From: Octopus vulgaris
Taxonomy: Eukaryota
Reading direction: 5' to 3'
Length of the DNA stretch: 64,000 nt
Assembly (NCBI GenBank): GCA_951406725.2
Contig: OX597823.1
Span: 82,708,001 to 82,772,000, forward strand
Numbering within the stretch: the first letter of the stretch is position 1; each line of letters begins with the position of its first letter. This document shows, piece by piece, positions 13,818 through 27,622 of this stretch. Under the pieces are notes generated by a model. The model was not told where the DNA came from. It ran no database searches and was given only the letters and a program-made list of their open reading frames with translations. The position numbers were made by a program, and so were the translations under genes.

Positions 13818-14583
13818 TCGTGTTTTGATTTCGATTTGACCTGGTTGTACAAATAAAATAGTAAATAATTCTACAGCCATTGTGAGACTAAATCACAATA
13901 TTACATTATTCAACCCTATACATTGTATTATTTGCAAACTTTGTGGTGTTTTTTACATTTGGGAAACAGACCGACATCTCGCCGATAGCTTTCAGTAGCC
14001 CATTCAAAGCATACTGCCATGTATACCAAGCCAACCTGTTTTTACCTACTTCAGTAACTCAATGATCAGTGATGGCCGTATTATCACTCACTTATCGCTT
14101 CTCACCATGGATCCACATTCTCAAGGAAACACCAGGTTTATTTAAAAGTTTGTTTCTTTTTCCTTCTACCCCTTCACCTCTTTTAGTTTGGTACTTATTT
14201 CTTATTCTTCTAGTCCCCTGTCACTTTATCTTTTCTATTCACCTTACTATCACCTTCGCTCACTCCTCCATCTCATTGCATTCCTCTTCTCATCTACTTC
14301 TCTCACTCAGCTTCTCTCTCTTACTACTTCTTGTCAACCTATGGAGCTTCAGTAGTCCAACGTTTCTTAATAGCTGCAGCAAGTTTTTTTTCGAGGAGGC
14401 AAAACTTTTCTGCGATACTTTCATTTCTTTCCGATCAACTCTTTCTTGAAGAAGTGAAGAAGTACTCATATATTTCTATCCAATGAACTAAGAAATGTTT
14501 ATTCGCTCTATAATTTGTAGAGTTAGAAAGAGAATAAGAACTTTATAACTTGTAGAGTATATTCTCTTTATAACTTTATAGTC

Positions 14584-15596
14584 GTGGGAGTGGATGTGTG
14601 GTAAGTAGCTTGCTTACGAAGGCGGGCAACAATAGTTGCCTGCCGAAGGACCCTAAGGCTTCGGGAGGAGGGGGAGAGACTCCGAACAAAGTGGAAGAGC
14701 CCCACTCTCCCGAAGTCAGGAAGAAATGAAAAAGAAAGAAGAACGGGTCATCGCAGTGGGGAAATCATGTGCTGTCTGCATGTCCCGAAGTTGTGCGACC
14801 CACGGTGGAAGAAACAACCCCCACCCTTAAAGAGGATGAATCAATTATCATTTTCTACAAAGGCGGGGAATTGCAAAAAATAGTAAAAGAACATAAAGAG
14901 ACAGTAGATATGCCCTTCACGCGAGATTCCGAATGGCCTCTGCAGATAGCTGTGGAGGTCATAAGGTTTACCTTGTGGGAAAGGCTTAAACAATTTGTGA
15001 AGGAGTGTTGCATATGGTAGGGTGGCTCTTACACTGGAATGATTTACATGTCCTACATGAGTGAGGTATGGAAAATGGCGGGATACAGAAATTCAAGCGA
15101 CATTGAAGATAATGGGAAGATAATATATCAATGAGTAGGAGGTGAAAAAGTCTCGTTATAGGGTTTGAAACCTCATCTTATTGTATTATTTGTAGTGGTT
15201 TATAACCTCAACTGTATGTTTAAAAAAACATGTTAAGTAAGAAGTTTTATTGCCTCCTTCTTGTAAGAGGTTTGAACCCTCATATTGATTTTTAAAAAAA
15301 GAAAATATGTTTTCGAGAAAAATCCAATCGACGGGTGTTGCGTTTCGTCTCTCATTTATTCATTTTATTTCATTTTCATTCATTAATGTGTTTGTCCAGT
15401 CCGCAAAGCTACACACTATTTGTACTGTCTATATGACAAATTTTATGAAATAAAATAACTTGATTACGAACCACATGGTTTCGGGTTCAGTCCAACTGCG
15501 TTGCACCTTGGGCAAGTGTTTTCTACTATAGCCTCCGGCCGACCAAAGCCTTGTGAGCGGATTTGGTAGACGGAAACTGAAAGAAGCCCGTCGTAT
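14584..15596 (+). mobile_element. tRNA-derived CORE-like SINE split by an inserted element
   Basis: Head GGAGTGGATGTGTGGTAAGTAGCTTGCTTACGAA (14584-14620) resumes at 15456 with ...CCACATGGTTTCGGGTTCAGTCC...CCTTGGGCAAGTG. Confidence 0.75.
14621..15455 (+). mobile_element. Degraded LINE-like insert with 15-bp target-site duplication
   Basis: TSD TAGCTTGCTTACGAA / TAACTTGATTACGAA, A-rich end, and a remnant reading IAVEVIRFTLWERLK resembling an L1-type ORF2 C-terminus. Confidence 0.55.
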
Positions 15597-15599
15597 ATA

Positions 15600-15667
<68 letters not shown>

Positions 15668-16234
15668 ACTGTAAATAAATGTAATACAATTTCAGCTGTT
15701 GGAATTATTTGAACTCAAAATTTAAAGGAATCAAGAAGATATATTCTGAAGTGTTTCGTCTGGAGTTCTGCAGTGTTGTGTGCCAACATTGCAGCGACCA
15801 ATAGCAATTATGGTATCGATTATTTTTAGCTTGCTAAACAGTCTTTACATCAGCTTTACCTTTCATCTGTACGAATTCGATAAAACAGCAAGTAGAAATA
15901 ATATAATATAATTTGGTCGATTCAAAAATCGGACTACACACACACACACACACACACACACAGAGACCCAAACGCGCACATACACACGCACACAGAGACC
16001 CAAACGCACACACAAACACACACACACTACACACATACGCATACATATACAAATGCACACACAATCATACATCATCTACAAAATTTCCTTTTTTTTCTTA
16101 GTCAAAAGAATATTGGTAATGGATTGCTCTCAGTTCTTTGAACATATGAACTGTAATGTGGACAAGCCTGGTAAAAGTGAAATATTTTGACTATAAGCAC
16201 ACTAACCAACACACACACAAACCTATATACATTT

Positions 16235-16323
<89 letters not shown>

Positions 16324-16530
16324 AGAAATGTGTACAAGTATGAATGACTGCTACTTCTATGTATAGAATTCCACGCAGATTTTCATAATCCTGTCAGGTT
16401 TCTTTAAGGTTGTTAATTAAATGCTACATATATTTAGTAGTATTACCACTAATGAGCTACAAGGCAAATGTAGGAGAAATAACGATAAAAACACGTGCTC
16501 TTATTATAGTTCCTATACATATACATACAT

Positions 16531-16762
16531 GGCGGCGAGCTGGCAGAAACGTTAGCGTGCCGGGTGAAATGCTAAGCGGTATTTCGTCTGTCGTTACGTT
16601 GTGAGTTCAAATTCCGCCGAGGTCGACTTTGCCTTTCATCCTTTCGGGGTCGATAAATAAAGTACCAGTTACGCACTGGGGTCGATGTAATCGACTTAAT
16701 CCCTTTGTCTGTCCTTGTTTGTCTCCTCTGTGTTTAGCCCCTTTGTGGGTAGTAAAGAAATA
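16531..16762 (+). mobile_element. Young Nin/Deu-domain SINE
   Basis: GGCGGCGAGCTGGCAGAAACGTTAG head, GAGTTCAAATTCC B-box, GCCTTTCATCCTTTCGGGGTCGATAAA..GTACCAG domain. Confidence 0.85.
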
Positions 16763-16917
16763 TATACATACATACAAACATATAAAATTATATATATGTG
16801 TGTGTGTGGGGGCAGGTTTTTATGCCTATACGTGCGTCTATATGTGTGTGTGTATGTGTATATGTATGTGTATTCGTAAGGGTGTCGAGGTAAGTGTAAA
16901 TACTGATGGATGGGTAA

Positions 16918-17316
16918 GGCGGCGAGCTGGCAGACCGTTAGCGCGCCGGGCGAAATGCTTAGCAATATTTCGTCTGCTGTTACGGTCTGAGTTCAAATTC
17001 CGCCGAGGTCGACTTTGCCTTTCATCCTTTCGGGTTCGATTAAATAAGTTCCAATTACGCACTGGGGTCGATGTAATCGACTTAATCCCTTTATCAGTGC
17101 TTGTTTGTCCTCTCTGTCCTCCCTTGTGGTTAGTAAAGAAATAGGTGTTTCGTCTGTCTTTGCGTTCTGAGTTCAAATTCCGTCGACGTCGACTTTGACT
17201 TTCATCCTTTCTACGTCGATTAAATTAAGTACCACTTGCTTACTGGGGTCGATTTAATCGACTGCCACCCCCTGCCCCAAAATTTCGGGCCTTGTGCCTA
17301 GAGTAGAAAAGAATAT
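16918..17316 (+). mobile_element. Dimeric Nin/Deu SINE (one head, two bodies) with TSD
   Basis: Second body joins at AAAGAAATA|GGTGTTTCGTCTG (about 17143); flanks TGATGGATGGGTA and TGATGGATGAGTA. Confidence 0.8.
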
Positions 17317-18426
17317 TGATGGATGAGTACACGTACCTGAGCCGACTAGCATGAACGTACGTACCCTGTATAGGGTCGGGTCTATATATATATATCATCG
17401 CACGTTCGCATGTACATGCAGGGTTCATGTATTTGTACGTGCGTATATATGCATATATATGTACAAGTATATGTGAGTGTATGTACATACACATATATGG
17501 GTTTGTGTGCCTCTGTGTGTGTTTGTGTGTGCACGTGTAAATGCAAATGTGTGTATATCCGTATGTGTATGCGTGTGCATACGCATGGGTGAACTTGTGT
17601 GCATGTGTGTATGTGTGTGTGTGTGTGTGTGTGTGTTGGTCAGTGTGCGCGTAAATGTAGAAAGATGCGTATTTGTACAGGAGCCGGATGGTGCGAGTGC
17701 TTATATGGGAGAGCGTATCCGTGTGCACGTGAGTCAATGTGTGTACAGGCCGATGTCTATCGATATTTATGTATGTGTATGTGTGTGTTCGTGTGTGTAG
17801 GTAGGCGCATGTGTGCGTGAATGTATACAGGCCTGCGCGCATTCGTATACATATGTATGTATGAGACTGTCTGTGTGTATGAGTCGGTGTAGGCAACCAC
17901 AAAATCTAAAGATTGTAATAACATCCCCACTTAAATTCCTCACCATCTCCTTGCGCTTGACTGCTCAAACCAGCCATCAAACACTTAGTTACGCTAAAGC
18001 CGTTCAATCTAAAATCATAAACACCTTCCATAAACCCCTCCTCCATTTACACTAGATTCTTTATAATTTTTGGTTTTCTTACTTTTTAGCAACGACTTCT
18101 TGACCACAACTATAAATAACTCATTCCTACTTATATTAGATATTTGCGTTTTTATTCTTATATTTTCTTCCTGACCAAATCTTCTTCACTTGACCAAATG
18201 TGTCTGAACTGCTGGCATCTTACCATCAACATATCAGTTGAAGGGAAAATGGAATGTGAACCTGGTAACTTCAGAACCATCTTATGTCACTTGATCAGCC
18301 TCTTTTGCACTGTGCATTGCATCTGCTGTCATTACATCGTCCCATGTCCACTAGGGAACAGTGCAGAATGAAACTGAAACGATTATTGTGCTAATAAATG
18401 ATTCCACCAGTTACACTCCGTTCTCC

Positions 18427-18475
<49 letters not shown>

Positions 18476-18565
18476 TAATCCAAACAAGAAAACAAAAAGA
18501 CAACAACGCGAGGATGTGGAACAAATAAAGTATTATTGGACGCTCAGGAAAGAAGGGAAGAACGG

Positions 18566-18600
18566 GTATGACGTTTCGAGCGGAGCTCTTCGTCGGAAAA
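18566..18600 (-). ncRNA. Family A hammerhead, U4C variant
   Basis: Minus strand CCGACGA-A-GAGC-TCC-GCTC-GAAA-CGTC; stem I eroded. Confidence 0.55.
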
Positions 18601-19189
18601 GCAGGAGACAGAAAGATCCCGAGGTGGGAGGACAGAGGTAAAAAAAAAATGCAAGTGGTCTTCACGGGGTCACATACTGAAAAGGCGGAAGTGGTAAAAA
18701 AGAAGGAGCATGTGTGTGTGAGTGTGTGCGTGTGTGTGTATGTGTGTATATGGTGGGCAATGGCTAGTGGCAAGCAGCAGTTAGCGAGTCAGGAAGTCAG
18801 GTCAGAAACAGGGAGGAATGTGTGTGTGCGTGTATATGTCTCGTGTGTGTGTTTTTTGTATATATATGAGTTCAATTAGAGGTTGTAATCCCCAAAAGAG
18901 CAGCTATATGTATATATTATTTAGGAATGATGGCCACAAGGGTAACGTATACATTTCTCTGAATGCACAGCGTTATTAATACTCAGTCACGAGAGGACAG
19001 GCATCTTATATATACATGTATATTTATATATGTATATATATATTTCCATGTATCTATCTTTTTTTTTTTTTTTGCTTTCCTCTTTCTTTCCTTTTACGAT
19101 CCCTTTTGATCGAAAACAAAACCCCTATCTATCATTCTTTCTTTCTTTCTTCCTTTGTGAATATCGCGAAGCGATGAGTACTTTTCTCA

Positions 19190-20350
19190 AACGGCATTTG
19201 ACCTCTGATGACTAGGACGTTCGATTCTGGAGAGACAGATACGTCCGTACTTCTAGGGTTCTGTACGTCCTGCCGGGCGCAGCGTGCCACTTCACTCTGA
19301 TGTAGATCTTCTTGGACTTCGGTGGGGCCAGTTTTAGATGCGTCGTGCCAGCAAGTGCGATCTGCAGGCATTGATTCGAGACTGTCGAGAGGGATATGAC
19401 ACTTTTTCAGCGTTGCTTTCAGGCGATCTTTAAAGCGCTGCTGGCCGCCGACCAAGTGTTTTCCATCTTCAAGTTCACCGTACATCACAAGGCAGGGCAA
19501 TTTGAAGGAATTCGAATGACATGCCCTGTCCATCTCAGTTGGCGGTTAGCGATTGTTACTTCCAATGGCTGGCTGTTTATTCGGCCACGTATCTCAGCGT
19601 AAGGGATCCTGTTCCGCTAGTGTAAGCCAAGGAGTTGTTGAAGGCGAGAAATATGAAACCGTTCGAGCATCCTGATATGACGCCGGTAGGGCACCCACGA
19701 TACGCAGTGATATAGCAGGATTGAGACACAAACAGCATTGTAGACAGCCACTCTTCTTCTAATGTTGATGTTTTTGTTGAGAAGGATACAAGTACTTATA
19801 CAACCAAACGCAGCAGAGGCAAGGCGATTACGGTGCCGAATATCGCCTGTCAGGTCGAGAGTGTAGTTGAGAACTGAGCCAAGGTATGTGAATTGGTTAT
19901 CATTAGCAGCAATTGTCGCATTTTCAACATGGAAGGAGCATGGGTTTGTGTCGGAGGTACAAGGCTGTTGGAGGATTTCTGTCTTCTTGGTATTGATAAC
20001 AAGGCCAGCATAGCTGTATGCATCTGACACGTGGTCCAAGAGTCTTTGGAGACTGGCAGAGCTATGGCTGACAAGTGCCGTATCATCTGCATATTGCACC
20101 TCAAAGATGTGTTGAGATGACGTCTTTGTTTTAGATTTCAGGCGCGACACATTGAAAACACTGGCATCCGACCGGTACCTGATAGTTATTACATCTTTCA
20201 GGTTGAATGAATGCCTGGCGTGGAATGCTACGAGTGCCATGTAGAAGAAGACCGGGGCAAGTACGCATCTTTGCTTGGCGTTGTTTGGACCGGGAAGAAG
20301 TCAGACTGTGCACCATTATAGACGACTCTGGCCATCATTCCGTTGTGGAT
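19190..20350 (-). mobile_element. Degraded RTE-clade LINE RT C-terminal half
   Basis: QYADDTALV, GLVINTKKTEIL, FTYLGS, VYNAVCVSILLY, YGELEDGKHLVGGQQRFKD motifs. Confidence 0.85.
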
Positions 20351-20510
20351 GTTCTTCAGAAAAGGCAATGGTGTCGACGCCATTGACCGCGATTTGACTT
20401 GTGGGAAATCCTGACAAAATTTGGCTGCCCACTAGATTTTCTTGCCATTCTGAAGGGCTCCCACAACGGAATGCTGTCCAGAGTCGTCTATAGTGACACC
20501 CAGCCTACAC

Positions 20511-20543
<33 letters not shown>

Positions 20544-20564
20544 AGCACACGCGTATATATATAT

Positions 20565-21135
20565 ATATGTAAATGTAAAAAGTACAAACTGGGACAAGAA
20601 CGTGAAACATTTAGAAGACGATACAAAAAATACGGACGGGACATTCGAAGCCTTCAATCTTCAGTCAAGAACCGGATCATCTTCGCAATTTCGGCTGATT
20701 AATCTTGAGATTGCTCTGATCTGGCCAGCCCCAAAGGAAAATCTAAGCCAAGCGCATTAGATTCCTTGGAAGAAAGCCTCGAATGTATACAAAACAAGGA
20801 CGGAAACCCGGACGATGTTACACGAATAAAAATACAAAAATACGTAAAAACAATAATGATAACACGAATAAGAATACAAAAATACGTAAAAACAATAATG
20901 ATAATAATAATAACAAAAACAGAACGTTACAGACAAGCGTCTTTTCAACAGGACGAGTAAATTTTTGAGCTGGCGTTAGAAAAAAGCCTTAGGGCTACAG
21001 AGAGAAAAAAAAATGTGTCTTGCCGCAACGGCTGCTGCCACGAAAGGGCTAGCAATCGGTCGTGTGAGGGAAAGAGAGAGGAAAAGAGGGACAGATGAAG
21101 AGAGAAAGAAGGGGAACAAGGAACAAAGGAGGAGG

Positions 21136-21173
<38 letters not shown>

Positions 21174-21424
21174 CAGATCAAAGTGGAGTGCAAAGTGTGA
21201 AAGGCAGAGAAATGTAGAAGAAGGGGAGAGAGACAGTGTTGTAGAGTCGTACCATGTGTTAAAGAATATATACTTACGTATAAGACCAAAAAGGGTACGT
21301 CTCGCTTATATATATATATGTAAATGTAAAAAAATACAAACTGGGACAAGAACGTGAAACATTTAGAAGACGATACAAAAGACACGGACGATACAAAAGA
21401 TTCGAAGCCTTCAATCTTCAGTCA
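20565..21424 (-). mobile_element. Non-coding TA-associated element with about 100-bp terminal direct repeats (pseudo-LTR-like)
   Basis: GTAAATGTAAAAA.TACAAACTGGGACAAGAACGTGAAACATTTAGAAGACGATAC...TTCGAAGCCTTCAATCTTCAGTCA occurs at 20569-20666 and 21320-21424. Confidence 0.6.
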
Positions 21425-21475
21425 TATATAAGTAAATAAATAGAGCTGAACGCATATGTTATTCAAATTCTTTTA

Positions 21476-21561
21476 CTTTCGACATATGTTTCGAAGACAA
21501 CATTGGTTTTATTCCAAAGGAATAAACTGTGTAAAATAATGCAATCTTCTCATCAGGAAAG
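21476..21561 (-). ncRNA. Type I hammerhead ribozyme, canonical core
   Basis: Minus strand CTTTC-CTGATGA-GAAGA...TCTTC-GAAA-CATATGTC-GAAAG. 5-bp stem I, palindromic ACATATGT stem III, GUC site. Confidence 0.85.
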
Positions 21562-22008
21562 AAAGAGAACCTATCTCAAAAACAAGACATCATAACAATT
21601 TTGATGACTGCATAAATGATCTTAAATATATATATGAACTTAGAAAATTGCGATGCAATAATCACAAATCATAAAACATTTGATATATCCGTGTAAACCT
21701 AATGACAAAGACATTCAGTACGAGATGTTTAAATAAGAGGTAAACGATGGCAGAATTACAATTTTATACAACAACACATCACATAATTAACGAAGAAGTA
21801 ATTCCCAATGTCACCCATTTCGTTCATGAATTTTATTATTCATTCTAAGTTAATGTTCCCTTATGCTACTATACTCAACAAAATATTTACGTACATTAAA
21901 GTTTCTGACACACACTGTTTCTTTTTCCCTCTTTCACTCCATATAAACACACACACACATATATATACGCACACACGTTTATGTAAGTATATGAATATAC
22001 GTAAATAT

Positions 22009-22053
<45 letters not shown>

Positions 22054-22515
22054 CGTACACACTCACTCACACACATATATGCACAGGCACACACACATAT
22101 AATAATAGGCTCCTGTGACAGATCTTCACTAATGAACTTCTATTCACAATGTAGCCAATGGCAGTTCTGTTTATACGAGGAAATTATCGAATCCACACTT
22201 CATTTAACGTAGGCTTCATCGTATAAGACTGCGTTAAGTCTCTCATATTTAAAATTTTGTGCAGCTGATTTGAGTTTCCTTCACTCCAGGCTATATGTTA
22301 ATGCTTAAACAAATTCAGTTGAAAACTAATTTTTAATAGCAAAGTCTTAAGAGACTCGTATATGCTATTTCTCACAATCGTGTCAACAAACTGCTAGAAG
22401 TAGCAGTCATTTGTCTTTCTACTGAAATCCTAATATCAGTATGAGATGATATACTGGATGTTCTAGATACTGATGTTTGAAAGAAGAGGAGTATCATGTA
22501 ATGACAAAAGAAAAC

Positions 22516-22562
<47 letters not shown>

Positions 22563-22990
22563 TCTGGTTTATTGGCCACAAGGGCTAACAAAAATCAGAG
22601 AAATATGTAAGGACAAATACAGGACGAAAAGTACAAAGGGTTTTGTCCGAAAAAATGGTCCGTGTAAACATTCAAAATAACAACGAAAAGTAAAACTCCC
22701 AATAGGGGGAGGCGCTTTGAAAGGTTACTCGTGGAAAAACCCATAAAATCCACGGGAGCCTGGTCAAAAGGGCATATAGAGCCCCTTCTCCTTTTCTTTT
22801 TTCACTGGCGTAACCTACGAATTGGTCCGTTCATACTGGCCATTTTTCCGACATTCACCCACCTTTCAATAAATTTGCTACGAATAATAAAATTCCACAC
22901 GGGAGAGACATGTTTTAGCAAATGTTTTATTTTGGTTCAACGCTTTAAAAGAATGGAAAGCATTTTAACGTCTCTCTCTCTCTTGTCCTT
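22563..22990 (-). mobile_element. 3-prime fragment of an L1/Tx1-like LINE next to (TAA)n
   Basis: Tail TTTATTGGCCACAAGGGCT resembles 4453-4472; internal similarity to 4850-4960. Confidence 0.5.
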
Positions 22991-24080
22991 TATTTGAAAA
23001 GACAAAAGAATACGAAAACGTGTTGTATAAGTGAAAAGATCACAATAATCTTCTTGAAGGAGATGCCAGTCGGTCGCAGGTTTATTTATTTATAGCTGAG
23101 CGGACTGGAGCGAAGTGAAATAAAGAGTTTTGTTTACAACAAGAACTCAACTTACCGCCTGTTGCGGGAATTGTTACCGCAATCTTGCGATCGTAAGTGC
23201 AACGTGTAACCTACATGGCCACCAGGCTCCATGAGCGAAAATCAAACTTCGTGTTGTTTAAACTGTGAATGTAAAAAGAAAGATGAATAAAATTATTATA
23301 AAATATTTATTTTCCTACTCAGCATTGTGTTGTTGTTTTTTTATTTTACATTTGTGAAAAGAAGAAAAAAAAATTGAGATCTTGAAAATTCAGGCTGTCT
23401 CTTAATGCAAAATCTAATTCAGTTTTACATAAAAACTAATTTAAAATTCAAAGTATTTCGAGGCTGATAATTTCTTTAACATATTCTGAAAAATATGATT
23501 TTTCTTAAACACGATAAAAATTTCTATAAGAACGGTTATAACCAAACGAATTTATCAATGATATCGCATATACAAATTTTATAGATTTCTACATGAATAA
23601 AAGGCATGGTCGATCCTCGTGGGATTCAAAATCTGAACGAATAAAGACAAATGGAAATACTACGAAATGTCTGGTTTCTTTGTACCTTCGTTTATAGGAG
23701 ATCTCTATTGTAGGTTTTTTAATAAATACAATATTGTTTATTTATAAGAAGCCGAATAGGAGTAAAGTACTCTAAAAATAGAAATCATGATATGCATATT
23801 TAACCATAGGCATAAGTGGTTGGACAATTGAAGTCAAATTGCTCCGAACGTGTATTAGAAATGAATTATATTTGCTTGTTTTTAGGTGTACCTCGTTCTC
23901 CGTAGCGTTTCTTGTACACTAATATTATTTTATTTTCACAAGGCTATGGTGAGCATGGGAAACTCCCTAATAGGATGATGATGACGGTGGTGGTGGTGTT
24001 GGCGGTGGATCTTCCTATTCGAAGACCATGAGTAAGAGAGGCCTCCTATGTGCAGACTTGAGGCTGCGATTACCAATACC

Positions 24081-25043
24081 TATTTCTTTATTACCCACAA
24101 GGGGCTAAACACAGAGGGTACAAACAAGGACAGACATAGGTATTAAGTCGATTACATCGACCCCAGTGCGTAACTGGTACTTAATTTATCGACCCCGAAA
24201 GGATGAAAGGCAAAGTCGACCTCGGCGGAATTTGAACTCACAACGTAACGCAGACGAAATACCTATTTCTTTATTACCCACAAGGGGCTAAACATAGAGG
24301 AGACAAACATGGACAGACATAGGTATTAAGTCGATTACATCGACCCCAGTGCGTAACTGGTACTTAATTTATCGACCCCGAAAGGATGAAAGGCAAAGTC
24401 GACCTCGGCGGAATTTGAACTCACAACGTAACGCAGACGAAATACCTATTTCTTTATTACCCACAAGGGGCTAAACATAGAGGAGACAAACATGGACAGA
24501 CATAGGTATTAAGTCGATTACATCGACCCCAGTGCGTAACTGGTACTTAATTTATCGACCCCGAAAGGATGAAAGGCAAAGTCGACCTCGGCGGAATTTG
24601 AACTCACAACGTAACGCAGACGAAATACCTATTTCTTTATTACCCACAAGGGGCTAAACATAGAGGAGACAAACATGGACAGACATAGGTATTAAGTCGA
24701 TTACATCGACCCCAGTGCGTAACTGGTACTTAATTTATCGACCCCGAAAGGATGAAAGGCAAAGTCGACCTCGGCGGAATTTGAACTCACAACGTAACGC
24801 AGACGAAATACCTATTTCTTTATTACCCACAAGGGGCTAAACATAGAGGAGACAAACATGGACAGACATAGGTATTAAGTCGATTATATCGACCCCAGTG
24901 CGTAACTGGTACTTAATTTATCGACCCCGAAAGGATGAAAGGCAAAGTCGACCTCGGCGGAATTTGAACTCACAACGTTACGGCAGACGAAATACCGCTA
25001 AGCATTTCGCCCGGCGTGCTAACGTTTCTGCCAGCTCGCCGCC
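24081..25043 (-). mobile_element. SINE concatemer: one head plus five 183-bp bodies, 12-bp TSD
   Basis: AATACC recurs at 24075, 24258, 24441, 24624, 24807; ATTACCAATACC at 24069-24080 and 25044-25055. Confidence 0.9.
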
Positions 25044-26049
25044 ATTACCAATACCATCTATTATCTGTTGCTTTCGCATCTTCTTCATTGCTTCAGGTTA
25101 TTTCTTCTAGCATGCGGTAAGAGGGTATCTCAACACAATCCGATCCCACTATTTAGTTTTGAGGTCTGACCACAGACGGCTGCAGTGACCAGCGAGCTGT
25201 AGGTTTTAAAGCGATGTGGCTTCCTTCTAGGTGAATTGCCTTGAAAAAGTGAAGCGCTCCACCAACCCTGAAGTTGGTGGAAAGCTGTCAAAGACACCAG
25301 ACACCAGACTGTCTGATGGATTCTACTCTTTGATTAGCTTTTACTTTCCCCAAGGCACTGAGAATTTCTGCATGTAGATGTTTCCATATTCCATAGCCGG
25401 GATTGTGACAAGTGCTACGACTCCGGGTCAGACTCGGCAACAATAGTAGCTAAGTAAGGGGTTCACAGCCCTCATTGTCCTGGCACTCCGGAACCAGGGA
25501 CCCACTACCGGATACAGTTTCGAGTCAGAAACGAGAAGTAGAATGAATATTAGAATACATAAACTGCCAGTTAGGTTAGTGTGGGGAATACCTCTCAATG
25601 AAGCCCAACTAAATTTTAAATTTGGTTAAAGAAGCTCTTGCGTCATGTTGTCAATGAGAATCCAGAGTCGTTCTTTCTTAATATGGAATTTTCTTCTTTT
25701 TTTTCCGATAACCGGAATCCATTTAAATGCAGACGATAATTTCCGAGTAAAATGTTACACAAGTTTTAGAATATTTCGAGAATAAACCAAGAAAAATATA
25801 AAGAAATTAATTAATACATTCTGCAGAAATTTAATTTTTATCTTGGAAGTAAAACATATATTCTTAAGCACTTGAATGCGCTCACATAGATTTTCAATGC
25901 CGACACACGCATAGTAACACACACACACCTCAACAAGCGTGTACACAAACACCTACTTATACAAATTTATACATACACGTACACTCACACACACACACAC
26001 AGAGATACAGAAACACACACACACACACACGCACACACATATATGTTTG

Positions 26050-26091
<42 letters not shown>

Positions 26092-26115
26092 CATATATAA
26101 ACTTTTATATATATA

Positions 26116-26995
26116 CTAGCAGTATCGCCCGGCGTTGCTCGGGTTTGTAAGGGAAATAACTATATAAGCATTTTTAGAGATGTAAAGTATAATAGCCATC
26201 TCAATTTGGCTAACCACAAAGGTGGGGGTGTTACTGTAGCTTTTTACGTTCTGAGATTTAATAATAAATTTTTAGAGAGTTACTTCCCTTATATATGCCA
26301 AAAATGCATTAAAAATGGGGAAAATTGATGGTAAATTTTATTTTAAATCGTAGACTCATCGTAGACGCGCGCTAATACCCAGAAAGGCTCAATATAAATC
26401 ACGACTATAAATCCCACAAAATGTGGGAGTAGTTAGGAATCTAAATCGTAGGAGATAGACAGCACACAACCTCACTTTTATATATAAAGACTAGCAGTAT
26501 CGCCCGGCGTTGCTCGGGTTTGTAAGGGAAATAACTATATAAGCATTTTTAGAGAGTTACTTCCCTTATAAATTCGGGCTTTCTTAGCCATTTTTGTTTT
26601 GGTGTCTTCAAGCCATGAAGTCGTTGTTCTAAAAGAACGCTGGTTTCCTTCACAACGCATTACGACGTTGATTTCTTTTCACTCCCTTCCCCACATCTTC
26701 ACGAGGGAGGGAAGGGGAGAAGCAAACAGGTGCAGCTGTGAGCGTGGACGCCAACTCCGCCGCCATCGACATACGATGCATTTTATGCATTAAAATGGAA
26801 TAAAAAATGAAGTTAAATTATTTTAAAAATCGTAGTCTCATCGTTGACGCGCGCTAATAGTCAGACGGGCTCGATATGAATCACGACTATAAGATACCCG
26901 AATTTGGTTAAACTGCACCGCAAAATGTGGGAGGAGTTAGGAATCTAAATCGAAGGGGACAGACACTCACACAACTAGAGTTTTATATATATAGA
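26116..26995 (-). mobile_element. Two head-to-tail non-autonomous Helitrons (26116-26490, 26491-26995)
   Basis: Each reads TC..TATATATAAAA at the 5-prime end and CCCGAGCAACGCCGGG hairpin plus CTAG at the 3-prime end; no TSD. Confidence 0.85.
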
Positions 26996-27260
26996 TATAC
27001 ATAAATTTTTTTCTGTAATGAGATAAAAAACCAAGGGTGTGTAGATTTTAGAACAGTTATAAATATGTCTTGCTTTTTATCACATTACGGAAAAAAATTT
27101 AATATACAAACGATGATATATGACCTAAGTTGGACCCCTTATATTCTCATAATCACCGAACCTGGAACTTAACCGGGTTTATCCATAACACTTATTCAGC
27201 ATTACCTGATACCATTGGGTCTCACTGACACCATTACCTCTCATATCTTGTATATATATC

Positions 27261-27329
<69 letters not shown>

Positions 27330-27572
27330 GTGTGTGTGTTTGTGCGTGTGTGTGTGTGTATAAATATGTCTGTATGTATAGGTATGTGTATATGCATACA
27401 AAAGCAGTATTAAGAATATATGAAAACATAACTGCAACAATAAAAAGAAAGTTATATTTAGGAGTAAAATGCTAGAGGGTGCTCAGAATCACCAATCTCT
27501 CACTCTCTCACTTTCTCACTCTCTCTCTCTTTCTCTCACTCTCCCTCCCTCTTTCTCTCGCTATTTCACTCA

Positions 27573-27622
<50 letters not shown>

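Noticed and set aside
24075-24990. Regular array that could be mistaken for CRISPR
   Set aside because: Units are near-identical 183-bp SINE bodies with no unique spacers; eukaryotic context, no cas genes.
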